In this document: positions 10,916 to 24,000 of the stretch, piece by piece
Layout of the letters: every line of letters begins with the position of its first letter
Numbering within the stretch: the stretch's first letter is position 1
Assembly (NCBI GenBank): GCA_043228905.1
Contig: JBHGNT010000011.1
Span: 14,074,001 to 14,138,000 of the forward strand
Source: Azolla caroliniana
Taxonomy: Eukaryota; Plantae; Polypodiophyta
Reading direction: 5' to 3'
Length of the DNA stretch: 64,000 nt
Position numbers and translations under genes: made by a program
The notes under the pieces: model-generated
What the model saw: the letters and a program-made list of their open reading frames with translations, nothing else
Database searches by the model: none
What the model was told of the DNA's origin: nothing

Positions 10916-11608
10916 TGTTGTGTTGTCATGCGCGTGCGTGTAGAACGAGGCGGGACCACCGGGGTCTTGGACCGAGAAATAGTTGAGAAGGAGGGGAACA
11001 GGAAGGCAACATACGCACTTGCACGCACACGGACGCGGGGCACACAGGAATCACAGTGCATCAACACAGCAAAACGAGACGACTAGAAGTCTGAGTATAT
11101 GAACACGTATGTATATTAATTTGTATGTGTATATCAAGACGGTTACAACTAATAGGCCGGCAAGGCGAACGCCGACGCCTGTTCACTCACACGTAGAAGA
11201 GCGAGATGGAGACTCTACCGGAAGCACACGGGCGTTCCACGAAGCAGAGTTAACCTCCCGAAAACCTGCGCCTAGCGAATACAAAGAAAGAAGGAGGAGA
11301 AGAGCTCGGTCCCTGTCCAACAGCACTTCGTCCTCCACTAAAAAAACGATCCCCTTTTCATTCCTCTCCCTCTCTTTTATAGCCCAAGGAGGGAGGCCGT
11401 TATCATTTGTTACATCATATTAATTCTCTGTCCTTTCGAACAGAGATACACCTCGATTCTCTCCCTATTGAATGCGTGCTACCTAGGATTTCATCTCAGC
11501 CGACTTGTACCTACCTACTTACTATACAACGAAAGTGTGCTCACGTGTAAGGGCCGGTTTACACACACTAAATTCGGTTTCCGCCTAGGGATGGTTTTCT
11601 TCACAACA
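10916..11608 (-). repeat. 5' LTR of element B
   Basis: Homologous to the other family LTRs; adjacent to PBS 10894-10911; outer flank CCGG. Confidence 0.88.
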
Positions 11609-14600
11609 CCGGAGGGGGCAGGCCCTTCAGGGAGGTACGACACCCGGAGCGGACCCAAGAGAAGTGATTCACAAGAGAAAGAAAAGGGGAAGTTCCCGAG
11701 CTTCCGGTTAATCTCGGAAATAGAGAAAATGACAGACCTACGAAAGGTCCTAGAGGAGCGAATCCTGGATACTCACTTTGCGGGAAGTGCTAGGAATAGC
11801 AAAGAAAGAGTTTCACGATGGAATTGTCGATCTCGTAAAGAGAAATGGCTCATGACAGAGCCAGTACTGGAGAAACCGGTTGAAGTAAGGGCGGCACTAC
11901 TCGACGAGGTGGTTGTGGAAGATGCGTTTACGGAGTGCCACCACATTAAGCCGCATTGGGCGAGGGCGACAACGGAGACCACGGTTCGGATCGGGGATTT
12001 GAAGGAACTAGTGGTGGTATTGATCGACCATGGGTTGGAAATTAACCTAATTTCCATGGACTTTTATAATAAGGGAAAATGCACGATCAACACCAAGCAG
12101 GGGTGGAAGATACACGCGGCTACGTGAGCCACAGAGACGTTGAGATAGACCAACACTTCTTTGTGCAAGAAACATCCTCCCATTCGGCCATCCTCGGCGA
12201 ACACTCCATCACAGCGGCTCAAATAGAGACCAAGGTGCTGGACAACCATTTGACATACGCGAGGGTGAAGAGCTAGGAAAGACGACACTCCGTCCAATTT
12301 CTGACAGTAGTTGGCGATGCCGTGGAGACGGTCTCATTGGATGACACCCTCAAGGAGATCGAGAGGGTAGTCGAGGAGGATCTGAGTGAAGACTGGGTCA
12401 TACCGGTCAATTCAGTTGAGATCTACGAAGTCATCGCGAACTTCGAGAGGAAGATCGGGGCGAACCAGACCGCCCTCGTGGACACAAAGTACAAGACTGT
12501 GGACTGGAATGTGAGGCCCCTTGCCAGAGGACAATTGGGAGCGAATGAAAGGGGTCGCTACCGACCCAAGTTTACGACATCCGGCTAGCATAGGACACTG
12601 GTTCACCGACAAGATGCTACAAGAGCTAAAGATTGGTGGGGGTGGCTTCCTACTTCAGGTGGAAGAGAACCGGTTTCGGAGAATGCTCGAGAGGCACGGG
12701 AAAGGCTTCGTTCTTACCAGGGGAGATCGGGTGCGTCGACCCGACTACTATAGAACCAATGGTGATCTTCACGGTACCGCATGTGCCGTGAAGTCTCAAG
12801 CCGATTCCGGTACCAAGGGCTCACATCTCGAAATTGATGGAGCTACTTAAGCAGAAAGTGGAGATGGGTATCCTCAAACCGTCGAGCGCCCCTGATTCAA
12901 ATCGGTGGTTTACAATGCCAAAGAAGAACGACTCACTACGCTTCATTCAGGACTTGCTGCCGGTCAACAAAGTGACCATTCGAAATGCAGGAGTCGGACT
13001 GACGATTGATGAGTTTGGAGAGGCCTTTGCTAGAAGGTCCATATACTCAATGAGGGACTTATACTCGGGGTACGACCAATTCAAACTAGCCGTCAAAAGT
13101 AGGGACATCACGACAATGCGAACCCCTCTTGGCCTTGTTCGGATGTGTACCCTACTGCAAGGAGGGACCAATTCGGTGGCGCACATGGTGAATGCGATAA
13201 ACAAAGTGTTGAGGGACTGCATCGCGGACATCACCATGTCATTCCTGGATGACGTTCCAATCAAGGGATGTCCGGAGGACGTGAAGGACGAATCGATCGG
13301 AACAAACATATGCCGTAGGTTTGTTCGGACCACATCTCCGACTATGAGAAGATACTACAGAGGCTCAAGGGCGCTCGGCTTACCTTCTCCGGGGATAAGT
13401 CGGCTTTCAGACAACCAGAGATCCTAGTGGTCGGCCACTTGTGCGGTCCATATGGCCGGAAACCATCCCGGCAAAGGAAGAATGCGGGTCGGTAACTGAA
13501 GTCTGACGATTCTTGGGAGTGTGCACCTTCTACCACATTTGGATTCTGCACTACGTGCATATCACTGAGCCACTCTATGGCTTGCCGAAGAAAGAACGGA
13601 AATTCAAATGGGGCGTAGAACATGCTGTTGTGAAGCGCCGATCCACCCGAAAGTTCGAGAAACGATGGTTCGGGCTATACGCGGTGACCAAGGCAAATGA
13701 CAACGTGACATACTACCTCGCGGAGCTCGACGGGAGAAGGATAGCGATACCAGTAGCGGGAAAGCGGATAAAGGCATTCAAGAAATGACACGAAGCGGAA
13801 CCAGACCCGGCCAGTGTTGGAGATTGAAGGTGACAGTTTGGACGAAGAGGAGGAGTAAAGATTGGCTCGAAACCCTCCACTGCTTCACTATGTGGCTCAT
13901 GCTGGAGGATGTGCGGTTTGGTGGGAGTGGATGTCGTGAAGGATTCCGGCCATATGAGGAAACGAAGACGAATGCGTGTGAACGCGGGTGTGCACAAGGG
14001 CATGTCTTATGTACAAACATATATGTAAATAACATAGTAATGGTAGGGTTTTGGTGATTACTAGGAAATAACGATTCGATAGGTACTTTAGTACCACACG
14101 GAGGGAGAGAATCGAGGGGAGATCTGTGAGAAAACCGATTATCATAAAGATGATGTAACGGCCTTCCCTTGTGCTATAAAAGGGGAGGCCTTGAACTGTT
14201 TAGGGGATCCTGGATTTGGGAGGGCGAAGCTCTGCCCGTTGTAGTGCCAAAGCTCTCTCCTCTCTCTGTATTGTGCTATATGCTGCGGAATAAGAAGGTG
14301 AATCCTCTACTCGTGCTGGAAGCCCGCGTGCTCCCGACCAGAGGATCATCATTCTGTGTGTATGTGTGGGTGTGTGTTGGGATCACTGCACCCGGTTGTA
14401 CTCACTGCGTGTTCTACGCCTAATCGAATCGAGACTCGTCATTCTGTCTCTATGTTCTTTTCTCATCTTTTCCGTTCTAGTAAGTTCTGTGCATGTTTGT
14501 GTCTGAACGACGTCAGGATCTTCCGAGGTCATGTGCAAGTGGAGACGGTCGGTTGGCTCCACTTCCCTTTTTCTTCCTCTTTGTTCGGCTCCTTGGTTCA

Positions 14601-14653
14601 AAACCCTAGTGGCCTTGCCCCACTTCTACGCATATGCGCACAAAAGCGCGACA
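11609..14653 (+). mobile_element. Gypsy element C, 3' half, heavily deleted (gag C-terminus, PR, RT, partial RH, INT tail, PPT, 3' LTR 13932-14653)
   Basis: ORF fragments with IDHGLEIN, FLDD and KRWFG..YYLAELDG; LTR TGTCGTG..GCGACA followed by ACGT. Confidence 0.88.
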
Positions 14654-15154
14654 ACGTGCCACAATGAGCAACTAAATTAATGATTTCATGTGTAATTGGT
14701 TTATGGTTAAAACACTAATTCTATGAATGAAAAGAGAGAATTTACCCATTTCTTAAAGTAGCATTCTCATCATGTGGAATTGGAAAAAGCAACTCCTTTT
14801 ACTTATATGCCAAAACAAATTACATAAGATTGTAGCCTAGCTATCATTGAAGAATGGACTACATGCTTATTTCAACCTCCACTAATTGATGAAAGAACAC
14901 ATAAGTTTCTCACGTTACTCATTGCAATATATATATATTGGGATTTCTAGTTCCCAAAAGAGTTTTAACAAATTGCAATGTCATTTTTTGTGAATTCATT
15001 TTGCCATAGGTAATTGAACATGGTAATAAGAACAAATAATGCATTTGCCTTTCCTATCGACGAGCCGAGGGTTCAAATACCATCTATCCAACTTGGACAT
15101 AGTACTTCCATGCACACTTCTTCCTACTCTAGAGTATAGAAGAGATTTTTGGCC

Positions 15155-16506
15155 GCGTTGGTGTCTTTGGTTCCCTTCCCTAATGTATATGTGTGTGTGT
15201 GTGTGTGCCCGCGAGCACAATGAACCGGACCGTCGTCCACGTACTTATTATTATGCGTATAAATATATATACGCAAATATTTATCTAGACTTCTGTACAT
15301 ACGACGCGCAAAGGGCCAGTGGGTGTGCGTACCATGTACGCGCTTGCTCTTCCTCTACGCATTCCGGTCGTATTTCAGGACATGCCCGAATCGGTTGTCT
15401 CCAGGTCGCATCCGGAACCGTTCCGGCCGAAATCTCAACGGCATATCCGGCTCTGGAGAACTCGAACTTCCGGAAACCCATCTCTCCTCGGTCCAAGACC
15501 TCGGTGGTCCCGCCCGGATCCGACACGTACGCTCGAGCTCGGAAGACCAACACACTGTACATAATGAATGCTCGAATATGTCGAGGGGAAGCAAACGTGG
15601 AAGCCTACATGATAAGTGAACTGTGCCACAGGAGGTTGTGCCATATGAGCCAAAAGCGGATGCGAAAGCTTGCCGAGGACAACCTCGTTCCTGAGGTGAA
15701 GAACGTGCAACTTGAGAAGTGGACGGATTTCTTGGCCGGTAAGCAAAATCGAACATCCTTTCGAAAGAGGCCCCCGATGAGGACGAAAATGTCGTTGGAA
15801 CTCGTGCATAGGGACGTATGCTACGTGGACACAAAGTCACATGGTGGTTCACAGTATTTCGTGACCTTCATTGATGACTGTAACAGGAAGTTGTGGGCTT
15901 CCATGCTAAAGACGAAGAATCAAGTGTTATCCGACTTCAAAGAGTTCCAAGTGAGGGCCGAGAGAAAAAATGGCCAAAAACGAATGACAACTCGAGCGGA
16001 AAATGGGGGAGAGTACTGTGAACCATTCGAGGAATATTGCCGAAATCCAGGAATCCGGCTCGAGTATATCGTGCTGAAGACGCCAGAGCTTAATGGGTTG
16101 GCCGAGAGACTGAACTGAACCGTAATGGAAAGGGTCCGAAGTATGCTTGCACATGCTAAGTTACCGAAGACGTTTTGGGCTGCGGTGCTGATGATGGCAT
16201 TGTACATGATAAACCGATCACCCTCAGTACCCTTGGACGGTGATATTCCACAGAGGGTGTGGAGTAGCAAAGACGTATCGTACCGAGATTTGAGGGTGTT
16301 CGGCTGTCTTGCTTATGTCCATGTGGCAAAGGACTAGGGAGGGAAGTTGGACCCGAAATCTCGGCCATGCATATTTCTCGGCTACGACAACGATGAATTT
16401 GGCTATCGACAACGGGACTTAGCCGAGAAGAAAGTGATTAGGAGTCGCGATATAGTCATCATGGAGGAAAAGACAATAGTTGTCTGGGAGATTCAGAATA
16501 AGTCTC
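15155..16506 (+). pseudogene. Copia (Tork/Tnt1-like) remnant: possible LTR start, then GAG-pre-integrase and integrase
   Basis: ARARKTNTLY..LCHRRLCHMS..LELVHRDVC..PELNGLAER..LRVFGCLAYVHV is homologous to the ORF at 21008-25081. The left boundary is uncertain. Confidence 0.8.
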
Positions 16507-17292
16507 TATAAAGAATCAGGTATGATTCTTGTGTAGCGGAAGAGATGTGTGTTATGTGTATGTGTGAGAGGAATTAGAGGAGAGATGAGAGAACACAAGA
16601 TAGGTAGAAAAAGGAATACTCAAGAAGAAGGTGTATATTTCACAAGTAGAATAAGAATTACAAAATATAGCATAATAAGGAGTCACAACCGACTTAGTAT
16701 GAAGTATGAGGAGGGTGCTTTATATAGAGTCACCCTCTCTCTTCATTAAGTTTACAACAACCACTCTCTCTCTTGGGGAATGTGAAGACTCATAGTCATG
16801 GAGAATATGTAACTCATTAGTTATGTGTCATAGAATATGATTCTATGACACATAGTTAATGTGTAGAGAGTAGTGGTGTGACTCTTGACCTTTGAGTAAT
16901 CATAGATTCTTGAAAGGTGTGTTCACACCTCCAATATATATGGAGTTTTTAGTCTACTAGCCAGGGTGGACAACCGGGATATGTTGACTAGGATTACCAC
17001 CAAGATATGTAAAGATATGTATTCTCTTGGACCACAAGAATTTGTTTATAGGTTGAGAATGGGTCTTGTTGGCAAAGGCTGAGAGAGTTTTCATGGACAT
17101 AATTAGCCTTATCTTGCCAAATGCCATCGGTTATATTTGCTCTTTTTATAGACACTTGTGGAGTAGGAACTATTATGTACAAATTGTATATTGCCTTTAG
17201 CATTGTTAATTTTAATACTAATGGAGTATAGTTTTTGTGGAAAAAAAAAGGTGCGTTCACACGTTGTGCTAGGTTGAGCTTGATTCTCAACA
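16507..17292 (-). repeat. 3' LTR of a minus-strand Copia (PPT 17293-17305), carrying a retroposed insert
   Basis: Reverse complement starts TGTTGAGAATCAAGCTCAAC, as do the LTRs at 17311 and 63868; PPT GCTTGAGGGGGCG. Confidence 0.85.
16929..17246 (+). mobile_element. Short poly(A)-ended non-LTR retroposed insert with 16-bp TSD
   Basis: AAAGGTGYGTTCACAC at 16913-16928 and 17247-17262; A-run at the 3' end; the homologous LTR near 63900 shows the empty site. Confidence 0.75.
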
Positions 17293-18742
17293 CGCCCCCT
17301 CAAGCTCAACTGTTGAGAATCAAGCTCAACTTGGTGTAGTGTGTGAACTCACCTTGAGAGTGAATAGACACTCCAACAGTCAAGAGTCACCATTAAGTCA
17401 CCACTTTGTATTCTAGCATTTAGTATGAGTCATAGAATCATATTCTATGACACATAACTTATGAGCTTTCACATTCCCCATGCTCCATGAGTCTTGTAGT
17501 TAATGAAGAGAGAGGGTGACTATATAAAGCACCCTCCTCCCACCTTGTATTATGTTGAGTCTTTTTCCTTTGTTAATATATTTTACCTTGTGTATTCTCT
17601 GTGTCTCACTCACACACACACACACACACTCTCATACACACACATAACTCACAAATCGTCCGCTTCACAAGAATCGTATCCGATTCTTTACATGGTATCA
17701 GATCGATTTGGTAGCTCGATCTAGCCCATTCGCCTCATCGTGATCGTGTGTTGTGCTCCACGCCGATGAACAAGAACCGGCTCATCGCTATCGTAGCTTC
17801 GCTACATAGCTAGCATTCGAAGAGAGAAGAAGAAGAAGAAGAAGAATCGACATAATGAATACTCAAATGGGGAGCACTCTCCCTATTGAGAAGTTGGATC
17901 GAAACAACTTCGCATCTTGGGAGTACAAGATGCACCAATACCTTGTCGGACCAGGCTATTGGAGTTACATCAAAGGAGCGCACGAAGACTGACCCATTGA
18001 AACGGCTCCTGGATACGCGACATGGGAGCAAGCTACAAGCCGCGTGATGTATTTCTTGGCGACATGTGTTCACTATCAGATGCTCGGCTACATTCGTGAG
18101 GCCAAGACGCCGAAGGAGGCATGGGAAAATCTACGAAAGATTTTCGCGGCGAACACAACTACTAGAAGGCTTCAACTCCGCCAAGAGTTGAACAACATTC
18201 AACAAAGGGACATGTCCATCACAACATACACCTTGAAGATTAAGGAGCTTTGCGACTCGCTCGGCTCGATAAGCATAAGTATCGATGATGATGAGATGGT
18301 GCAAATATGCCTCGGCAGCCTCGCACCACGGTTCGGCGCGATGCGAACCGCCGTTCTAGCAAGGGAGAAATCTCCCTTCTTCTTCGAGCTCCAATCAATG
18401 CTATTGGTCGAAGAAAACCACGTGCATACAAGGAGCAATGAGTTGGAAGGTCACATGCTCTACACGCACTCGAACGGAGGAAGAGGACGTGGACGTGCGA
18501 GAGGCCGACTCGGCCAAGGACAAGGCGGACGAGGTCCGACCTACGACAACAATTCCAAATTTCGGCCGCAAAATGGAAGCCAACGAGGAACCTTCGCAAG
18601 AAGGGGGAGCTTCCACTCTGGCCCGAGCCGTCAAAACGCAACCGAATGCGGATATTGCAGAAAGATCGACCACCATGAAGAAGAGTGCCGAAAGAAGATG
18701 TGCGAATTCGCTTCCACAAGCCGACAACTCACGAATTACTCG

Positions 18743-18847
18743 CACAATTCCGACTACGAAGAGTATAGCAGAATGTACGGGCACAACTCCGACTACGAAG
18801 ATCGTGGCGGAATGTACGCACACAACTCCGACTGTGGCGGAATGTTC
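18743..18847 (+). repeat. 39-bp in-frame tandem repeat (x2.7) between Gag knuckle and protease
   Basis: HNSDYEEYSRMYG / HNSDYEDRGGMYA / HNSDCGGMF. Confidence 0.8.
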
Positions 18848-20806
18848 ATGATGAAACATAGAGCAAACTCTATGTCAGCCTCTACCTCAACTAGTGCCCT
18901 CAATCCGGATGACGTATGGTTTGTTGACTCCGGAGCCTCAAACCATATGACATCTCATAAAGAATGGTTTCTCGAACTTCGAGAGCCGGAGTGACTCGGT
19001 TATGTCGAAACCGGAGATGACACTACGCACCCGATTTGGCACATCAGCAATGTTCCGTTCGGCGAAAGAGGTAAGCAAACATACATTAAAAATGTCTTGC
19101 ATGTTCCCACCATCACGAAGAATTTGGTCTCGGTCGGCCAAATGGTTGAGCACGGGATGCAAGTACGATTCGACCAAGAAGGGTGCGTCATCGAAAAAGA
19201 GGGCCAAATCATCACGAGCGGAAGAAGAGAGGGCCGGATGTTCATTCTCGATTCACACGAGATGAAATCCGCCATGTTCGCAAAAAGCACGAAAGCTGAC
19301 TCCGACATAGAGCTATGGCACAAGTGAATCGGCCACATCAATCTCAACAAACTCAAAGCAATGAAATCGAAAGGAGTCGTAATCGGACTCCCGACATTCA
19401 AAGAGAAGGAGATTGAAGGTGTATGCGAAGTGTGCCAATTCGGCAAGCAACACCGACACCCATTCTCGAAAGAGCGGAACGTGAGCAAAGGTCTACTCGA
19501 CGTAGTCCATTCTGACGTATGGGGAGTAGTGCAGACGGCTACATTCGGCGGATGCTGATATTACATGCTCTATATTGACGACTTCTCTAGGCACACTTGG
19601 ATCTACCCGATGCGGCAAAAGAGCGAAGTGTTCAGACACTTCCAAAAATTCAAGAATGAAGTCGAGAAAGCCACGGGCCGTCATGTACGATGCCTTCGAT
19701 CGGATGGCAGCAAGGAGTACTTCTCGGACAATTTCACGGCGTATCTCCACAAGGAAGGAATTGGGCGAGAATTCACTTGCCGACACACTCCGCAACAAAA
19801 CGGAGTAGCCGAGCGCAAAAATCGGCACATCCTCGAAGTAGCGCGGGCCATGATGAATGAGAAGCATATGCCCAAGTCTTATTGGGCCGAAGCTGCAAAT
19901 ACGGCCGTCTACCTAATGAACCGGTGCACAACATTCGGCGTGCATGAGGTCACTCCGAATGAAAAATACTTCGGAAAGAAGCCGGAGTTATCGCACACTC
20001 GGATATTCAGCGCGATAACGTACGTGCACATCCCCGATGAGAAGTGTCAAAAGCTCGACCCGAAGTCAGAGAAATGTATCCTCGTAGGATACTCATTGGA
20101 GCAAAAGGGGTTCAAGTGCGACAACCCCTCAACTCGAAAATCTCGAGTAAGTCGAGACGTCATTTTTGACGAGTCTGCATCCTTGTATGCACCAGAGACA
20201 ACCTCGACTCCAACTCCGCTCAACCCGGAATTTGCCAAACAAGAGATAGAGGATGAAGATCGCCTTACACGCATTTTCGAAGGAAGTCCGATCACGACCT
20301 GACTGAGTGGACCCCAAGAGCCTTTTGTTGAAATTCCGTGCTCGGCCACAACCGAGGAACAGGATCGATTCGCAGAAAACGGGAAATACAAGAATGCACG
20401 AAGAACAACAGAGAGAAGAGCACACAGGATGTTTACGTGGAAAACCCTAAATGGGAAAAAACCACGGGAGTCCTCTAACTCCAACTATCACTATACACAG
20501 AGATGTACAATGGTGAGGCTACAAGGCAACAACCTTGAGCTCGCTGTCCTCGCCACAGGCGGCGGTATTACACAGAGGCGTCGACCTCTTTCTTCCTCTT
20601 TCTCTCTCTCACTCTCGCTCGGCTGCTCTCACTTCGCTCCCTCTTAGTGGACAACAGAAAAATGAGCAACAACATAAACTGTTTGCCCTAAGTCATATTT
20701 ATACACATATGACTTTCGGGCTATTTACAAATATAGCCTCAAGGGCTCTTGGCAAACATATTCACAAATATGTCCCCGCATCCGGATCTCCCTCCGGGTA
20801 CATTCG

Positions 20807-20935
20807 TCATCCGGCTCCGTAACCGGGGTCTTCATCATCCGGCTCCGTAGCCGGGGTCTTCATCATCCGGCACCGTAACCGGGGTCTTCATCATCCGGCT
20901 CCGTAGCCGGGGTCTTCATCATCCGGCACCGTAAC
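20807..20935. repeat. 28-bp tandem repeat x4.6 in Copia U3 (also 25594-25722)
   Basis: TCATCCGGC(T/A)CCGTA(A/G)CCGGGGTCTTCA units. Confidence 0.9.
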
Positions 20936-21007
20936 TGCAACCGGGCTTGCCGTCATTCATCTCCGGACATCCCATCCGGAGGGACCGAAACCCAACAAAC
21001 TCCCCCT

Positions 21008-24000
21008 TCACTTCGGCATGGGATGTCTCTCCAATCCGACCCTCTTCCGGCACGCTTCCAGCTTGTCGGGTGTGAGCACTTTGGTCAGCATATCCGACCC
21101 GTTCTCGTTCGTGTGGATCTTCGTCAGCACGAACTCCTCGTCTTCTATCCTTTCACGGATCCAGTGATATCTTCGCTGGATGTGCTTCGTCCGGGAGTGA
21201 TAGGCCGCGTTCTTCGCAAGGTGGATGGCACTCTGACTGTCGCAGTAGAGTCGGTACTCCTCTTGCCGGATACCGAGCTCTCTAATGAAGTCCTTCATCC
21301 ATATTATTTCCTTGCCGGCTTCAACAGCCGCCATGTACTCCGCCTCCGTGGTTGACAACGCAACCGTCTTCTGCAGCCTCGACTGCCACGAAACAGCTCC
21401 CCCTGCATACGTCATCACATACCCTGATGTGGACCGGCTGGTATCTTCATCAGCCGACATATCCGAATCGGTGAAGCCGTCGAGTTTGGGCTTATCGGAG
21501 CCGAATCGGAGGCACACGTTTGCCGTGCCCTTCAGGTATCGGAGTATCCACTTGACCGCGTTCCAATGCTCTTTGCCGGGATTGCTCATGTACCGGCTCA
21601 CCACTCCGACTGCATATCCTATGTCCGGTCTCGTACACACCATGGCGTACATCAAGCTCCCGACGGCTGAGGCATACGGCACTTTCATCATATCCTCCTT
21701 TTCAGCCTTTGTCTTGGGACTTTGCTTGTTGGACAGCTTGCAGTTTGCCGGGAGGGTTGATCCGACCGGTCTTGCTTCCGACATGTTGAACCGGTGAAGC
21801 ACCTTTGTCACGTACTTCTCTTGTGACAGCCACAACTGCTTCTTCTTCCGGTCTCGGATGATGTGCATCCCTAATATTTGCCTTGCTGGACCCAGGTCCT
21901 TCATTGAGAAGGTTCGGTGAAGTGCTTTCTTCAGCATCCGTATCTTGCCCTGGTCCCGTCCGACGATCAACATGTCGTCCACGTACAGGAGGAGTATTAG
22001 GGAGTCTCCTCCTTCGAACTTCTTCACAAACACGCAGTGATCGGACTGCGTTTTGTTGTACCCTTCGTCGGTCATGAAGGAGTCGAACTTCCGGTACCAT
22101 TGCCGGGGAGCCTGCTTCAGTCCGTAAAGGCTCTTCTTCAACCGGCATACCAGGTGCTCCTTTCCTTTCTTCTCGAATCCTTCCGGTTGCTGCATGTAGA
22201 TCTCTTCTTCGAGGTCACCGTGAAGGAATGCCGTCTTCACGTCCATCTGTTCTACCTCGAGGTCCATGCTTGCCGCTATGCTCAGCACCGTCCGGATGGA
22301 GGTCATCTTCACTACCGGGGCAAATATCTCGTCGAAGTCGACGCCCTTCTTCTGCTGGAACCCCTTCACCACGATCCTGGCTTTGTATCTCGGGGGGTTG
22401 CCGGCATCTCCCGGTTTCAGCTTGAACACCCACTTGTTTCGAAGTGCCCGCTTTCCTTTCGGCAACTCCACAAGTTCATATGTGTCGTTCTCATGCAGGG
22501 AATCCATCTCCTCCTGCATGGCACTTAACCACCTGTGGCTATGGTTGTCAAGCTTTGCTTCTTCAAAACTTTCCGGCTCCCCCTCGTCGGTTAGCAGCAC
22601 GTGCTCTGGTTCCGGAAATCTCCGGGGGGCCCTTCTCTCTCTTAGAGGATATCTCCGTTCCGGAGCTTCGGTAACTGGCTCATCCGTTTCCTCTTCATCC
22701 GAATCCATTTCGGGATCGGGGCCGGTTCCGGTATCAGTTTCATCTTCCTCGGCCGGTTCTGATTCTTCACCGTCTTCGGCCGGATCCTCGAGTGCTAACC
22801 GGTCCCTTGCCGGTCGGGACTGCTCCTCGTAGAGTTTATCCTCACCGGTCGACTTGGAGCTCTTCATCTTCTTCTCCGACTCCCAGTCGACGAGCGTCTT
22901 GTCCTCCATGAAGATGATATCTCGACTCCTGAATATCTTCTTGTCAACCGGGTCCCATACTCGGTAGCCGAACTCGTCATCGCCGTAACCGAGGAATATG
23001 CATGGCCGGGTCTTTGGATCTAGCTTTCCTCTCCGGTCCTTTGCCACATGCACGTATGCGAGACACCCGAACACCTTCAGATGCCGGTAGGATACTTCCC
23101 TACCGGTCCACACTCTCTGCGGCGTGTCTCCGTCCAAAGGTACTGAGGGTGATCGGTTTATCACATATGTCGCCGTCGACATTGCCTCAGCCCAGAACCC
23201 CTTGGGTAATTTCGCATGCGCCAGCATACTCCGGACCCTCTCCATTATGGTCCGGTTCATCCTCTCGGCCAACCCGTTCAGTTCCGGCGTCTTCGGCACA
23301 GTAAACTCGAGCCGGATTCCTTTCGAGCGACAGTACTCCTGGAACTGTCCCCGGTATTCCCCTCCGTTATCCGCTCGTATCGCTTTCAGCTTCTTGCCGG
23401 ATTCCCTTTCCACTCTCGCGTGGAGTTCTTTGAAGACGGACAACACTTGGTCCTTTGTCTTCATCGGTGCCGTCCACAGTCTTCGGCTGTGATCATCTAT
23501 GAATGTTACGAAGTACTGGGCTCCGCCATGTGACTTCGTTTCTACCTGACACACATCAGTGTGCACCAACTCCAATGGTGCGCTACGTCTCGTCGGTGGC
23601 CTTGAGTGGAAGGAGGTCCGGTTTTGCTTACCGGCCAGGCAGTCGGTGCACTTCTCCAGGTGCACATGCTTCACTGGAATAAGGTTGTCTTCTGCAAGCC
23701 TCTTCATCCCCTTCTCACTCATGTGGCACAGTCTTTTGTGCCACAGCTCACCGGCAGTGTCGGCTGCCACATTCAGCTCTTCCGGACATAACCGGGCATT
23801 CATCAGGTACAGCGTGTTGACTTTCCGGGCCCGAGCCACTATCAAGCTCCCCTTGCTGAACTTCATTACGCCGTTCCGGATGCTACCCGTGTAGCCTTCA
23901 TCATCTAGCCTCCCGGCCGAGATCAGGTTCAATCGGACCTCCGGAACGTGTCGCACATCCTTCAACAGCATCTTGCATCCGGTTGATGTCATCAGCCACA

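Larger units (their letters stand above)
1..11608 (-). mobile_element. Gypsy element B (degenerate; 3' part runs off the window), interrupted by element A (289-7304) and a solo LTR (10090-10849)
   Basis: 5' LTR 10916-11608, PBS 10894-10911, broken gag/PR 7981-10871. RT N-terminus 7305-7980 continues at 1-288 (VIFTV|PHVPW joined across TSD CCGT). Confidence 0.9.
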
